Shown here in pieces: positions 47,498 through 56,994 of a stretch of DNA of 64,000 bases. Under the pieces are notes generated by a model, which saw nothing but the letters and a program-made list of their open reading frames with translations, did not search any database and was not told where the DNA came from. The position numbers and the translations under genes are program-made. The first letter of the stretch is position 1. Each line of letters opens with the position of its first letter. Source of the stretch: Polyangiaceae bacterium (GTDB taxonomy: Bacteria > Myxococcota_A > Polyangia > Polyangiales > Polyangiaceae). The stretch spans positions 560,334 through 624,333 of the forward strand of contig JAXLYR010000002.1 of assembly GCA_046351325.1 (NCBI GenBank), in the 5' to 3' direction.

Positions 47498-47570
47498 TGC
47501 GGGGCTCGCGTTCGCTTCACGACGTTCTCGCGCTCAGTCTCCCGCTTCTTGGAAAGGCAGCCTGGAAGCC

Positions 47571-48929
47571 ATGAAATCCGACGACGATCCTCCGTCCCGG
47601 GCGGCGCCCTCGAGCTCGAAGAACAGCACGCCCGGCGGGCAAGTGTCCTACGACTGGCCCGACGACGAGACCTTCGCGGGGCCGGCTCCATCCGAGTCTC
47701 CCGCGAAGCGTCCGCTCATGTCGGCGCGCGCGCTGCTCGACGAGACGCTCCACGGTCTGTCGCTGGCCCTCCTCGCCGGGAGAGCCGGTCTTGATCGACC
47801 CATCGCGCACACCCGAATCCAGAAGAGCGGGCTCGCGCTCGCGGGGCACTTCCACGGCATCGTGCCCTCGCGCATCCAGATCCTCGGTCAGACCGAGCAA
47901 TCGTTCGTCGATCGGTTGGAGCCGAACGCTCGCGAGCGCGCGCTCGCCGGCTTCTTCGGGCTCGGCCTCAGCTGCGTGGTCCTCACGGGTGAGCTCGGGC
48001 GCGCGGCGCCCAAAATCATCGAGCGCGCCGACGTGACCGACACACCTCTTCTGCACGCACCGGAGCGATCGAGCCTGACGATCACCTCGCTCCACGCGCT
48101 CCTCGATGAGCGGCTCGCGCCTCGCAAGCGCCTTCACGGCGTGCTCATCGACGTGTTCGGCGTCGGCCTCTTCTTGATGGGAGGCAGCGGCGTCGGCAAG
48201 AGCGAGTGCGCGCTCGAGCTCGTGATGCGTGGTCACCGCCTCGTCGCCGACGACGTCGTCGAGTGCGACTTCCGTCCTCCGGGGATGGTCTTCGGCGCGC
48301 CGGCGAAGCTCCTGCGACACCACCTCGAGGTTCGCGGTCTCGGCATCCTCAACATCAAGGATCTCTTCGGTGTGACGGCGATCCGCGAGCGCAAGCGCGT
48401 CGACGTTGTCGTGCGCCTCGTCGACGAAGCGAGCGCCGAAGCAGACTTCGATCGGCTCGGGCTCGACGAGCGATTCCACACGATCCTCGGCGTGTCGATC
48501 CCCGAGCTCGTCGTGCCTGTGCGACCCGGTCGCGATATGGCCTCCATCCTCGAGGTCGCGGCTCGCAACGAGCTGCTGAAGAACGCGGGACACCACGCTG
48601 CGCGCGAGCTCTTCGGCGCGATCGAGACCCAGATCGCGACGGGCGCCCCGCGTGAGCCCATGCTTCGACTCGACGCGAGCGTGCCGTCCTCGACGGTCAC
48701 GCCTGCGACAGCGCGTACGCCGATCGCGCACGACGCCGAGGGCGAGCGGCTCCCGCTTCGACAGGCCGCGGCCTTCACGCAGCGCGGCTCTCCGCTTCGT
48801 CCGCGCGAGAGCGAGTTCGGCATGCCTGCGGTGCGCGCGCCGCGCACCGACGAGTCTTCCGCGCCTCCGCCGGTCGGCCCGCACCAGGGCCGGCTCGGCC
48901 CCCTCGGCGGCGGCAGGGAACGCAAATGA
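47571..48929 (+). CDS. hprK: HPr kinase/phosphorylase with an N-terminal Pro/Ser-rich extension and a C-terminal low-complexity extension
   Basis: LIDVFGVGLFLMGGSGVGKSECALELVMRGHRLVADDVV. Alternative start at 47718 (MSARALLDE…). Confidence 0.8.
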   Translation: MKSDDDPPSRAAPSSSKNSTPGGQVSYDWPDDETFAGPAPSESPAKRPLMSARALLDETLHGLSLALLAGRAGLDRPIAHTRIQKSGLALAGHFHGIVPSRIQILGQTEQSFVDRLEPNARERALAGFFGLGLSCVVLTGELGRAAPKIIERADVTDTPLLHAPERSSLTITSLHALLDERLAPRKRLHGVLIDVFGVGLFLMGGSGVGKSECALELVMRGHRLVADDVVECDFRPPGMVFGAPAKLLRHHLEVRGLGILNIKDLFGVTAIRERKRVDVVVRLVDEASAEADFDRLGLDERFHTILGVSIPELVVPVRPGRDMASILEVAARNELLKNAGHHAARELFGAIETQIATGAPREPMLRLDASVPSSTVTPATARTPIAHDAEGERLPLRQAAAFTQRGSPLRPRESEFGMPAVRAPRTDESSAPPPVGPHQGRLGPLGGGRERK

Positions 48930-49873
48930 ACGAGAGTCCGTCGAGTGAGCGCAGGAGAACCCACGTCGTGGTCGTGACGGGTCTCTCCGGGGCTGGCAGA
49001 TCGACGGCGATGGCGGCCCTCGAGGATCTCGGGTTCTACAGCATCGAGAACGCTCCGCCGTCGGTCATCGTCGAGGCCATCGAGGCCTGCGAGCAAGCGG
49101 GCGTTCGTCGCATCTCGCTCGGCATCGGCAACTCCGTTCCGGCGTTCATCGAGAGCACCGCGGATGCCGTCGCGAAGCTCGCCCCACAATCGAATCGACG
49201 CGTCACGACGCTCTTCCTCGACGCGACCGATGAGGTCCTGCTCCGCCGCTTCAGCGAGACGCGGCGGCCTCACCCTGCGTTCTCACGCGAGCAAGACGCG
49301 GCCGGCGTGCTCGAGGGAATTCGCATCGAGCGTCGTAGGTTGTCACCGCTGCGTGCGCTGTCTCCGCTCGTCGTCGACACCAGCATGCTGACCGTGCACG
49401 AGCTGCGTCGTCACGTGTTCGCCTTGTTGCGCCCCGAAGCCGGCGCGCACCAGATGGTCACGCGCGTCGTGTCCTTCGGCTTCAAGTATGGATTGCCGAG
49501 CGACGCTGACCTGGTGTTCGACGTCCGTTTCTTGGATAATCCTCACTTCGTAGCGGAGCTTCGGCCGCTGACCGGCCAAGATCGGCGCGTCTCCGACTAC
49601 GTGCTTCAGGCCAAAGGGGCGGGGGACTTCGTGGATCGAACGGCCGAGCTCTTGAACACACTGCTCCCTCGTTACGAGGAAGAGGGAAAGAGCTACCTCA
49701 CCATCGCGGTCGGTTGTACGGGCGGGCGTCATCGCTCGGTCGCTCTCGCCGAAGCGATCGCCGAGCGGCTTCGTCGCGCTGCAGCCGATCCGGGCGCGCC
49801 GGGCGGGCGCGTCACCATCGTTCACCGCGACATCGAGCGCGCCGACAAGCACATACGGGAGTCGGCGCCGTGA
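48926..49873 (+). CDS. rapZ: RNase adaptor protein RapZ (YhbJ)
   Basis: VVVTGLSGAGRSTAMAALEDLGFYSIENAPP. ATGA overlap with hprK. Confidence 0.85.
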   Translation: MNESPSSERRRTHVVVVTGLSGAGRSTAMAALEDLGFYSIENAPPSVIVEAIEACEQAGVRRISLGIGNSVPAFIESTADAVAKLAPQSNRRVTTLFLDATDEVLLRRFSETRRPHPAFSREQDAAGVLEGIRIERRRLSPLRALSPLVVDTSMLTVHELRRHVFALLRPEAGAHQMVTRVVSFGFKYGLPSDADLVFDVRFLDNPHFVAELRPLTGQDRRVSDYVLQAKGAGDFVDRTAELLNTLLPRYEEEGKSYLTIAVGCTGGRHRSVALAEAIAERLRRAAADPGAPGGRVTIVHRDIERADKHIRESAP

Positions 49874-49923
49874 CCGCCGACGCTGGTGGGACACGCGACG
49901 GCGGTCGCGAGGCTGCGGAGGCC

Positions 49924-50184
49924 GTGTTCGAGATCGTGAACGAGCGCGGGATGCACGCGCGCGCCGCGACGAAGCTCGTTCAGCTCGCGGGCCGATACCG
50001 CTGCGACGTCCTGCTCTCGAGCGACGAGGCCGAGGGCGTGAACGCGAAGAGCGTGATGGGCGTGCTCCTGCTTTGTGGAGCGAAGGGGACGATGCTCCAC
50101 GTCCGCGCCGACGGGCCCGCAGCGGGTGAGTGCGTGGACGCCATCGGGGTCCTCATCGCCAACCGCTTCGGAGAGCCGGAGTGA
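49924..50184 (+). CDS. ptsH: HPr/NPr phosphocarrier protein
   Basis: (M)FEIVNERGMHARAATKLVQLAG… with the active-site His. Alternative GTG start at 49870 would give a GTGA overlap with rapZ. Confidence 0.7.
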   Translation: MFEIVNERGMHARAATKLVQLAGRYRCDVLLSSDEAEGVNAKSVMGVLLLCGAKGTMLHVRADGPAAGECVDAIGVLIANRFGEPE

Positions 50185-51989
50185 GCGCCGACAACGACAC
50201 CAGCACGCTCGCCGGCCTTCCGGGGTCGCCCGGCCTCGCGATCGGCACCGCCTACGTCCTCGGTCATCAGCTCGTACGCATCCCGCGTCGCAGCGTGCCC
50301 GTCAGCGAGCGCGCGTTCGAGATCGACCGGTTTACCTCGGCGCGCAGGCGCGCTCGGGACGATCTTCGCCGCTTGGTCTCGGCGCTGAGCGATCGATCTT
50401 CAGGGTCGGCGAGCGCCGTCCTCGAGGCCTACGCGCTCATGGTCGACGACCCGATGCTCACCGGCGAGGTCGAGCGTCGCATCACCGAAGAGGCGCGCTG
50501 CGCAGAGTGGGCCGTCGCGCTCGCGGTTCAGGCCTTCTCGCACAAGCTCGGTGAGGCCGACGATCCGTACTTGCGCGAACGCAGCCGCGACATCGAGTTC
50601 GTCGGTGAGCACCTGCTTCGCGCGTTTGGTCAGACCGGCGAGCTGAAGAAGCTCCCGGCCGGTCCTGTCGTGCTCGTCGCCCGCGATCTGTCCCCCGCGG
50701 AGACCGCGGGCTTCGTCAACGACTCGGGTGGTGGCCGGGGTGAGGGTCGCGACGGGGCGAAGAGCTTCGTCGTCGCGTTCGCGACCGAGGGCGGGACCCG
50801 CACGAGCCACACGTCGATCACGGCGCGCGCGCTGAAGCTGCCCGCGGTCGTCGGGGTCTCGGAGCTCTGCTCGATCGTCTCCACGGGCGATCTCTGCATC
50901 ATCGACGGCATCCGCGGCACCATTATCGTCAACCCAACTGACGAAGCTCTCGCCGAGGCTCGAGCCCGCGCCGAGCGCTACCGCGCTCTCTCCGTCGAGC
51001 TCACGCGCGCAAGGGAGCGCGCGGCGACCACGCTCGACGGCACGACCGTCGCGGTGCGCGCCAACGTCGAGGTCCCCGACGAAGCGCGCGAAGCGAGCGG
51101 CGAGGGCGCCGAGGGCGTCGGCCTCTACCGCACCGAATATCTCTACGTCGACCGCCTCCATCCGCCGAACGAAGAGGAGCAGTTCGCTGCGTTCCGCTCG
51201 GTCGCCGAGGCCATGCCCCACCACCCTGTGGTGCTGCGCACGTTCGACATCGGTGGTGACAAATTTGTCTCCACGTTCAAGGTCCCTGTCGAGCTCAACC
51301 CGATGCTCGGGCTGCGCGCGGTCCGGCTCGCGGTGTCGCGCCCCGACATCTTCCTCGAGCATTTGCGCGCGATGGTCCGCGCGAGCGCACACGGCGACGT
51401 TCGCATCATGGTGCCCATGGTGAGCGGGATCGGCGAGCTCCGGTGGGTCCGCTCGATGCTCGACAAAGCCATCGAGCAGGTCCGCCAAGCGGGGCATCCC
51501 GTCGCCGAACACATCCCGCTCGGGGTGATGATCGAGGTCCCCTCCGCGGCGATCCTCGCGGATCACTTCGCGCGCGAGTGCTCGTTCCTCAGCATCGGGA
51601 CCAACGATCTCATCCAGTACACACTCGCCGTCGATCGCGCGAGCCGGCGGCTGGCCTACCTCGCGTCACCGTTCGATCCCGCGATCGCTCGCTTGATCCG
51701 GCGGATCGTCGCCGCGGGTGAGGACCACGGTCGCAGCGTCAGCGTCTGCGGCGCGATGGCCGGTGACCCTCTCGGTGCGGTGCTGTTGCTCGGGCTCGGC
51801 GTCCGTGAGTTCTCGATGGAGGTCGGGGCGATCGCCGAGATCCGCGAGACGCTGCGCCGCGTGTCGCTCGACGAGGCCGTGCGGGTCGCCGAGCGCGCGC
51901 TCGAGCTCGCGACCGCCGAGGAGGTCGAGTCGCTGGTAGTCGAGTCGTTCGCGCCCCGGCTGCACGATCTCTTGAGCGGTGAGGCGTGA
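50181..51989 (+). CDS. ptsI: PTS Enzyme I (no GAF domain)
   Basis: GTG start overlaps the HPr TGA, with GGAGAG upstream. Motifs GGRTSHTSITARALKLPAVVG, GLYRTEYL, SIGTNDLIQY. Confidence 0.85.
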   Translation: MSADNDTSTLAGLPGSPGLAIGTAYVLGHQLVRIPRRSVPVSERAFEIDRFTSARRRARDDLRRLVSALSDRSSGSASAVLEAYALMVDDPMLTGEVERRITEEARCAEWAVALAVQAFSHKLGEADDPYLRERSRDIEFVGEHLLRAFGQTGELKKLPAGPVVLVARDLSPAETAGFVNDSGGGRGEGRDGAKSFVVAFATEGGTRTSHTSITARALKLPAVVGVSELCSIVSTGDLCIIDGIRGTIIVNPTDEALAEARARAERYRALSVELTRARERAATTLDGTTVAVRANVEVPDEAREASGEGAEGVGLYRTEYLYVDRLHPPNEEEQFAAFRSVAEAMPHHPVVLRTFDIGGDKFVSTFKVPVELNPMLGLRAVRLAVSRPDIFLEHLRAMVRASAHGDVRIMVPMVSGIGELRWVRSMLDKAIEQVRQAGHPVAEHIPLGVMIEVPSAAILADHFARECSFLSIGTNDLIQYTLAVDRASRRLAYLASPFDPAIARLIRRIVAAGEDHGRSVSVCGAMAGDPLGAVLLLGLGVREFSMEVGAIAEIRETLRRVSLDEAVRVAERALELATAEEVESLVVESFAPRLHDLLSGEA

Positions 51990-53404
51990 CCTTCTCGGTG
52001 CGACGCGGGCTCTTGTTCTTCGGTCTCGTCGCAGCCTGCGAGGCCCCGTCGGCGTCGCCTTCGGATGAAGCGACGGCGAGCGCGAGCCAAGCCTCGAGCG
52101 CGTCGTCAGCGACGCTCCCGACCAACAACGGGAGCGCTGCGACAGCCGCCGCCTTCGAACCGCAGGGCCCCTTTCAGACGGGGTTCTCCGATCCGGTGGG
52201 GCTCACCGCAATTGCTGCCTCGGGGCGCACGATCGCGGTCGCCGCTGGCCCGAACCTCGTGATCCTCGATCCCTCGAGCGGTCAGCGCCTCTGCACGACC
52301 TACGCAGACGACCTCGATCGAAAGGCCGAGTTCACCGCGCTGGCGGTGTCGCGCGATGGCAGTCGCGTCGCCGCTCGGCAGGGCGCCGCTGGTGTGGTCG
52401 TCCTCGAGCGCGACACCTGCCGCGCGGTCTTCCACGGCAAGGTCAGCGATGGGCTCGCGCACGGCTCGCTGCGCTTCTCGGCGGATGGCGAGACGCTCGC
52501 GGTCCTCACCGACGGCACCCGCAAATACCAGCTCGTCCAAGCCCTCGATCTGCGCAGTGGCGCCGCCCATTCGCCGCTCCGCGCGCTCGACGCCACGCCA
52601 GAAGAGGACCCGCGCCCCGAGGCCTTTCTCGCGCCCGACGGTCGGACCGCGCTTCGGCTCGTCGAGCTCGACGTCGAGAAGAAGAAGGAGGGCTGCGAGA
52701 CCCAAGCGACCCCGAAGCGCTGGGCACTCGAGAGCGTTCAGCTCGGGGCTCGCCCGAGCGACAGCGCGCTGACCTTCGGGGACGCAGCGACGATCAGCGC
52801 GGACTTCACCGAGCACCCCAAGCCCATCGCGTTCAGCGACGACGCGGCGCTCGCGGTCATCGTCTCCGGTGCTCAGGTCGGTCTCTACGATCTCGCGCGC
52901 AGCGAGCGCAAATTCAGCTTCGAGAGCAGTCCGCCGCTCGCGGCCGCCATCGCCCCCGACGGGTCGCGAGTCCTCATCCTCTATCCAGATCGCCTCGAGG
53001 TCCGCGCGAGCTCGGGCGTTGTCTCGACGACGCCGCTGCCGACTCGCACGGTTGCAACGCAGCCCTTCGCGCCGATCGCGAGTACGGTCGTGACCCCACG
53101 CGTCGGGTTCAGCAGCGCTGGCGCAGGCGTTTTTGCGACTTACGCTCTCGACGCAGGCACCAACGCACAAACCCTTCGCGGCACTGCGATTTACCTCGCG
53201 TGCAGCGGCGCTTCGCTCGATGCATGTGTCGAGCAGCGTGGCGAATTCAGTATCGATATGCCGTTCCCGAATTTCGCCTGGCCTGACATGGTGGGTGGCT
53301 TCTCCGACGACGGGCGCTCGGTCGCTCTGCCGAATGGAACGTTGCTGCAGTTTGGCAAGTCCGTGATGGGCAGCAGCACCTCGTCCGCGTCGAGTGCGCC
53401 GTGA
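51986..53404 (+). CDS. Hypothetical beta-propeller-like lipoprotein
   Basis: GTGA overlap with ptsI. Signal LVAACEAP. Repeated beta-strand-rich modules. Confidence 0.5.
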   Translation: MTFSVRRGLLFFGLVAACEAPSASPSDEATASASQASSASSATLPTNNGSAATAAAFEPQGPFQTGFSDPVGLTAIAASGRTIAVAAGPNLVILDPSSGQRLCTTYADDLDRKAEFTALAVSRDGSRVAARQGAAGVVVLERDTCRAVFHGKVSDGLAHGSLRFSADGETLAVLTDGTRKYQLVQALDLRSGAAHSPLRALDATPEEDPRPEAFLAPDGRTALRLVELDVEKKKEGCETQATPKRWALESVQLGARPSDSALTFGDAATISADFTEHPKPIAFSDDAALAVIVSGAQVGLYDLARSERKFSFESSPPLAAAIAPDGSRVLILYPDRLEVRASSGVVSTTPLPTRTVATQPFAPIASTVVTPRVGFSSAGAGVFATYALDAGTNAQTLRGTAIYLACSGASLDACVEQRGEFSIDMPFPNFAWPDMVGGFSDDGRSVALPNGTLLQFGKSVMGSSTSSASSAP

Positions 53405-54024
53405 GCCTGCGGTTTTCCCTGGGCGCGCTGGCTCCGACTGCGCTGCTCGTGGGGTGTGGCAGCGCGCCGCTCGCGCACGTGGAGACCTCGGTCCCGGACG
53501 CGGTCGCCGTGCGCGGCGCGGTGGAAGAGTACTCGCTCGTCGGAGACAACGTCGCGGTCGAGGCCGATGTCCGAGCGTCCGCTGCGTATACGGTGCACTT
53601 CCCCAATTCGAAGGGGACGCTCAAGTTCGCGCCGGACGCGCATGACGCCTCGAGCTTCGAACTCGACATCGATGTAACCGTCGCGACGTCGAGCCTGCAG
53701 ATCGTCGCCGACATCGCTCGCGACAAGTTCCTTCACGCGGGCGATTACCCGACAGCCCGCTTCGCGACACGGTCGCTTCGCCCGGGACTCGAGGCCGGCA
53801 GTTATACCCTCTTTGGCGATCTCACCTTGCACGGCAAGACCTTGAGCCTCTCGATGCCGGCGCACGTCGTCGCCGACGACTGCCACGTCTCGATCGATGT
53901 GGAGTTCGGCGTCGATCGGCAAGCCTTCGGGGTCGTCGCCACAGGCGTCCTCGAGGACGTCGTATCCAACACGGTCGTCGTGCGGATCAAGACCTCCGTC
54001 TTGCGACAGTCGTGCAAGGGATGA
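53401..54024 (+). CDS. YceI-like family lipoprotein
   Basis: GTGA overlap. Signal LLVGCGS. …TLKFAPDAHDASSFELDIDVTVATSSLQ… is YceI-like. Confidence 0.6.
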   Translation: MSLRFSLGALAPTALLVGCGSAPLAHVETSVPDAVAVRGAVEEYSLVGDNVAVEADVRASAAYTVHFPNSKGTLKFAPDAHDASSFELDIDVTVATSSLQIVADIARDKFLHAGDYPTARFATRSLRPGLEAGSYTLFGDLTLHGKTLSLSMPAHVVADDCHVSIDVEFGVDRQAFGVVATGVLEDVVSNTVVVRIKTSVLRQSCKG

Positions 54025-54046
54025 CTGACAGTGTTGTAACAGTGGT

Positions 54047-54961
54047 TCAGGCGACCGCAGCGAGGACGAGGATCTTCACCGCGGGGCCGCCGCGCTCGTC
54101 GCGAGCCTCCGCGACCCCGACGCCGATCGCGGTGGCAGCCGGCGTCAGGAGCGAGGCGCTCGGCGTGTACTCCGTCGCGGAGACGACGCGCTGTCCTGTC
54201 ACCGTGATCGAACCTGCCTTGCCGCGCTTCTTCTGATCCTCGGCGACGCGACGACCGACCTCGGCGAGCGCCGCGTCGCTGAGCGAGTCCTCGAGCTCGG
54301 TGACCTTCGCGCGCGCGACCTCATCGAGGTTCGCGTCGATCGTCGCCGGCGGCAGGCCGAGCCGCTTTCGCTCCTCGCCAATTCGTTCGATGACGGTCTG
54401 CCGCGCCACATCCGTCGATTGGCGGATTGCAGGCTTCGCGAAGACCTGGACGAAGAGCCGATTGCCCGCGTCTTTGAATCCACCCTCGGCGACGCCTATT
54501 CCGATATGCGTGACATCGGTGCTCAGCAGGTTCTCTCGATGTCCTGGGCTCGCGAGGAGGCCATCCTCCGCCGCGTCGACGTCGGGGGCATCCGCCAGAT
54601 TCTCACGGGCGAAGAGCACAGCGATTCGAGCGCGCGCGAGGCGATCTTCGAGCTTTCCCGTGGTGGGCGACGTGTGTGAAAAGAACCGGGCGCGGCGCAT
54701 GTCGTCGGCGTGCGCGCGGGCGACCGACGTGAGCGCGTCGTCGTGAGCGAGGGCCGGCACGCCGGCGGCCTGCCGATCGCGATTGACCCGCTCGAGCATG
54801 GAGCGCTCGAGGTCCTCGAGCGACGGAGCTTTGGGGCGCTCGGGCGTGCCCGCGCAACGCGCGCAGCCCATCGCCAGAGCGCCCGCGAGCAGCTGACGCC
54901 GGCGGAGGCCTCCATCGTGATCTCCAGTGAGCTTGATCGAGCCGGGGGAGCGGCGCACCAT
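54047..54961 (-). CDS. Secreted CAP (SCP/PR-1) domain protein with a Tat-like signal
   Basis: RRRQLLAGALAMG. CAP-domain motifs FFSHTSPTTG and HRENLL. Confidence 0.7.
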   Translation of the reverse strand: MVRRSPGSIKLTGDHDGGLRRRQLLAGALAMGCARCAGTPERPKAPSLEDLERSMLERVNRDRQAAGVPALAHDDALTSVARAHADDMRRARFFSHTSPTTGKLEDRLARARIAVLFARENLADAPDVDAAEDGLLASPGHRENLLSTDVTHIGIGVAEGGFKDAGNRLFVQVFAKPAIRQSTDVARQTVIERIGEERKRLGLPPATIDANLDEVARAKVTELEDSLSDAALAEVGRRVAEDQKKRGKAGSITVTGQRVVSATEYTPSASLLTPAATAIGVGVAEARDERGGPAVKILVLAAVA

Positions 54962-54967
54962 GACGGC

Positions 54968-55762
54968 ATGATGAAGTCGTTCTTTGCTTGGCGTAAGAGC
55001 GGTTCTCCTCGGTCCGTCGCGCGCGGCGCCACGCTCGCGCTCGTCGCCCTCGGGGTGTGGAGCGGCTGCTCCGACGACGCCCCGACCGGCGGCTCAGGGG
55101 GCTCGGGCGCGAGCACCACGGGCGGCGGTGGCAATGTGGCTACGGGCGGGGCCGGTGGCGGCGGCGGCTCCTCGCAAGGCGGCCAAGGTGGCTCGGCGGG
55201 TGGGACTAGCCAGGGCGGCGCGGGTGGCAGCGCCCAGGGCGGCGCGGGCGGCGGCACCGTCGCAACACCCGAGTGCGCAGTGCCCGCGGACTGCCAGCTA
55301 GTCAACGACTGCTGCACGTGTGCAAGCATCCCGACGGGTGACACGCCTCCCGATTGCAACGTCCCCGAGTGCTTCGCGACGGCGTGCTCCACTGCGGGAT
55401 ACAATGGCTCGCTCGACTGCCAGCTCGGGCAATGCGTGGCGGGCTTCGATTGTGATGGTTCGATGACGGTCTGCGCGCAGCCCCCGCCAGAGTGCGAACC
55501 CGGCAAGACGCCTGCCGTCGTGAACGGTTGCTGGGGCGGTTGTGTGTTCGCGAGCGAGTGTCGAGTCGTCGGCGATTGCAATCAGTGTGGGCCGAGCGAC
55601 GTCTGCGTTCATCGATCCGTCGGCCCCGCCGACCAGCTGCACTGCGTGGCGGTCCCGCCCGAGTGCGGCACGAAGGCTTCGTGCGACTGTATGGGTATGG
55701 CCGTTTGCGGAGGTGTCCAATGCGCCGAGGTGAACGGTGAGCTCGAGTGTCTGACCCAGTGA
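54968..55762 (+). CDS. Cys-rich lipoprotein with a Gly-rich linker
   Basis: LALVALGVWSGCSDD, poly-Gly, then about 30 Cys in the C-terminal domain. Confidence 0.6.
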   Translation: MMKSFFAWRKSGSPRSVARGATLALVALGVWSGCSDDAPTGGSGGSGASTTGGGGNVATGGAGGGGGSSQGGQGGSAGGTSQGGAGGSAQGGAGGGTVATPECAVPADCQLVNDCCTCASIPTGDTPPDCNVPECFATACSTAGYNGSLDCQLGQCVAGFDCDGSMTVCAQPPPECEPGKTPAVVNGCWGGCVFASECRVVGDCNQCGPSDVCVHRSVGPADQLHCVAVPPECGTKASCDCMGMAVCGGVQCAEVNGELECLTQ

Positions 55763-55770
55763 CGTCAGGC

Positions 55771-56946
55771 ATGCAGCGCGCTCGACTCGTCGTCGCGACT
55801 CTGGCGTTCGCCGGCGCGCTGTCCGCCGTCCTACCGTCGTGTCGCGAGGTCGTCGTCGGTGAACCCGTCGACCTCACGGATCGGGTCTGCACGCTCCTCG
55901 AGAGCTGTTATGGAACGAGCGCGTTCACCTGCACCGATATTCGCGCCCGGTTCGAGGGCGCCGACGACGCGACTCGCGCGGCGTTTCTGGGCAATTTCGA
56001 CACGCAGACTTGCTTCGCGACGTGTCCTGGGGCGCGCGCGTGTCTCGATGCTCCCCCGTTTTGCGGAGTGAGCGAGTGCCAATCGGATACCGACTGCTGC
56101 GGCTGGTCGACGGGGACTGCCGCGTGTCTATCGGGTTATTGCTGTCGCCCCGACGGGGTGGCTTGTGGTGACGACGCGCTGTTCTGTTGCAATGGCTTGT
56201 GCGAAGACGGGGGCTGCGGCGGGTACGTCTGCGCCGATATCGGCGCGACCTGTGCGACCGACTTCGATTGTTGTTCGCAGTACTGTGTCGATGACGTCTG
56301 CCAAATACGCAATTGCTCGAATCCCGGGGAGCCGTGCCTCGGTGACGACGATTGCTGCACCATCGGCGGCACCAGTCTGAAGCTCACGTGTGATCCCCAA
56401 TCGAGCACGTGTGTCGGTGGGGATCAGGCCTGTATCCCGCAGGGTGAGACTTGCTTCGCCACGGACGTCCTCCCTTGCTGCGACGGGCTCCCTTGCCAGC
56501 TCGGGGCGGACGCGCAGACGGGGGTCTGCGCGAACAGCTCCACGTGCCTCGGCCCCGAGTCGGACTGCGATCCGATGTTGGGTAATCCCTGCTGCCCGCC
56601 ATATTTCTGCAGTCCGACGACGGCGCGGTGCCAGCCGCAGACGAACAACTGCGCCGGCCCGACCGAGCCCTGTAATGGTGATACGGACTGCTGCACGGGC
56701 TTGCAATGCGCGGGCAATGTCTGCGAAGCCCCGACCTGCAATACGGCGTCGTGTCACAGCCCTTGCGTCACCGGTGCCCCGATTGACCTGCCGTGTCCGT
56801 CGACTCCCGCGCTGTCGACGGACGCGCTCGATTGCATCACGAAGGTCCTCGGTATTCGGCCCGCGTGCGGCTGCGTCGAATGGGCGAGTGAGTGCGTGGA
56901 CGCCGCGAGGATGGCGTGCGGCCCGCTCTGCGCGAACACCAACTAG
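55771..56946 (+). CDS. Cys-rich secreted lipoprotein (knottin-like CC/CxC modules)
   Basis: MQRARLVVATLAFAGALSAVLPSC. Repeated …DCC…C…C… modules. Confidence 0.6.
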   Translation: MQRARLVVATLAFAGALSAVLPSCREVVVGEPVDLTDRVCTLLESCYGTSAFTCTDIRARFEGADDATRAAFLGNFDTQTCFATCPGARACLDAPPFCGVSECQSDTDCCGWSTGTAACLSGYCCRPDGVACGDDALFCCNGLCEDGGCGGYVCADIGATCATDFDCCSQYCVDDVCQIRNCSNPGEPCLGDDDCCTIGGTSLKLTCDPQSSTCVGGDQACIPQGETCFATDVLPCCDGLPCQLGADAQTGVCANSSTCLGPESDCDPMLGNPCCPPYFCSPTTARCQPQTNNCAGPTEPCNGDTDCCTGLQCAGNVCEAPTCNTASCHSPCVTGAPIDLPCPSTPALSTDALDCITKVLGIRPACGCVEWASECVDAARMACGPLCANTN

Positions 56947-56994
56947 CTGGTTGCCGGCCACTCCGCCAAGGCGCGCGGCCGCTCCGCCAGGAGG

